From Octopus sinensis (taxonomy: Eukaryota), in the NCBI RefSeq assembly GCF_006345805.1, contig NC_042997.1, positions 162,502,001-162,566,000 on the forward strand: a stretch of DNA of 64,000 nt, given 5' to 3'. A program made the position numbers and the translations under genes. Within the stretch, counting starts at the first letter, position 1, and every line of letters begins with the position of its first letter. This document shows, piece after piece, positions 63,421 to 64,000 of the stretch. The notes beneath the pieces were generated by a model. That model ran no database searches. It saw only the letters and a program-made list of their open reading frames with translations, and had not been told where the DNA came from.

Positions 63421-64000
63421 CTTAACATAAAATATTTCTGCATTTGTTTTTGTGTTATATGCAGCAAAGATAGGGGTAACACACATCTTACGCTGTGTTG
63501 CTACTGGGATGCAAGCCAGGATGTCATTGACCTCAGCTGGCTCAACTAAGCTAAGGGGTCTGATGCTGAAAGACCCCAAATTCCTTATAAACCCAGGAAC
63601 ATCACTATTGAAGTGCCCCAGAGTATCTGAGAGTTGTATCTTGAAACCTTAGTGCTACATTTTATTAGAAATTTTATTTTATGTTTTATTACTAACTATA
63701 TGAAATTTAAATATTCTTGAATGCTTTTCCATATCAGATTAAGTGTATAGAAATTAAACTATTAAAACTAAATATAGTGTTCTTGAACCCAAATTACTAA
63801 ATTGGCATGCTGCAAAGATAATTATCTTCAAATAGAATTTCACATTCCAGTATAGACATTCCATATAAGATAACTAATTATCGAATTTATATAGACAGAC
63901 CAAACTGTAATTAAACAATTGCACTTTACATTCCAATTAAAGCCATCTAAAAATATAAAGTTAGTTATATCAAAGAATTTAAGAAATGACTGTGTAAAAC

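Noticed and set aside
63452-63652. Plus-strand ORF after a strong acceptor as the next TBC1D31 exon
   Set aside because: The required phase-2 frame hits a stop and shows no similarity to the expected RFNLVQRT...CTALAF segment

Overview
AT-rich animal genomic DNA, packed with microsatellites and SINEs. The SINE, RTE and Penelope repeat types suggest an octopus or other cephalopod (inference). Two host genes are supportable, both on the + strand. (1) A complete 14-coding-exon transglutaminase (2382-17102, 708 aa). Its Cys-His-Asp triad is intact, but the conserved Trp equivalent to TG2 W241 and the Tyr equivalent to Y516 are replaced. (2) The 5' part of TBC1D31/WDR67 (exons at about 40234-40279, 54748-54796 and 55984-56142; the gene continues past the window). 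The rest is mostly transposable elements: a near-intact RTE LINE with an inserted PHD-like finger and a 62-bp higher-order 3' tandem array, a 5'-truncated CR1 LINE, a decayed RTE, a CRE-type RLE remnant, mariner/Tc1 derivatives, a non-autonomous Helitron, several foldback palindromes, an 837-bp tandem array and many tRNA-derived SINEs. The most striking unannotated signal is a cluster of distinct type I hammerhead ribozyme motifs with palindromic stem III, in Penelope-like remnants inside TBC1D31 intron 1 (42.6-50 kb). One is fully canonical and sense to the pre-mRNA, two form a head-to-head pair locked in a 71-bp hairpin, and several have an unusual mismatch at the 10.1-11.1 pair. All calls were made by eye; no database search was run.
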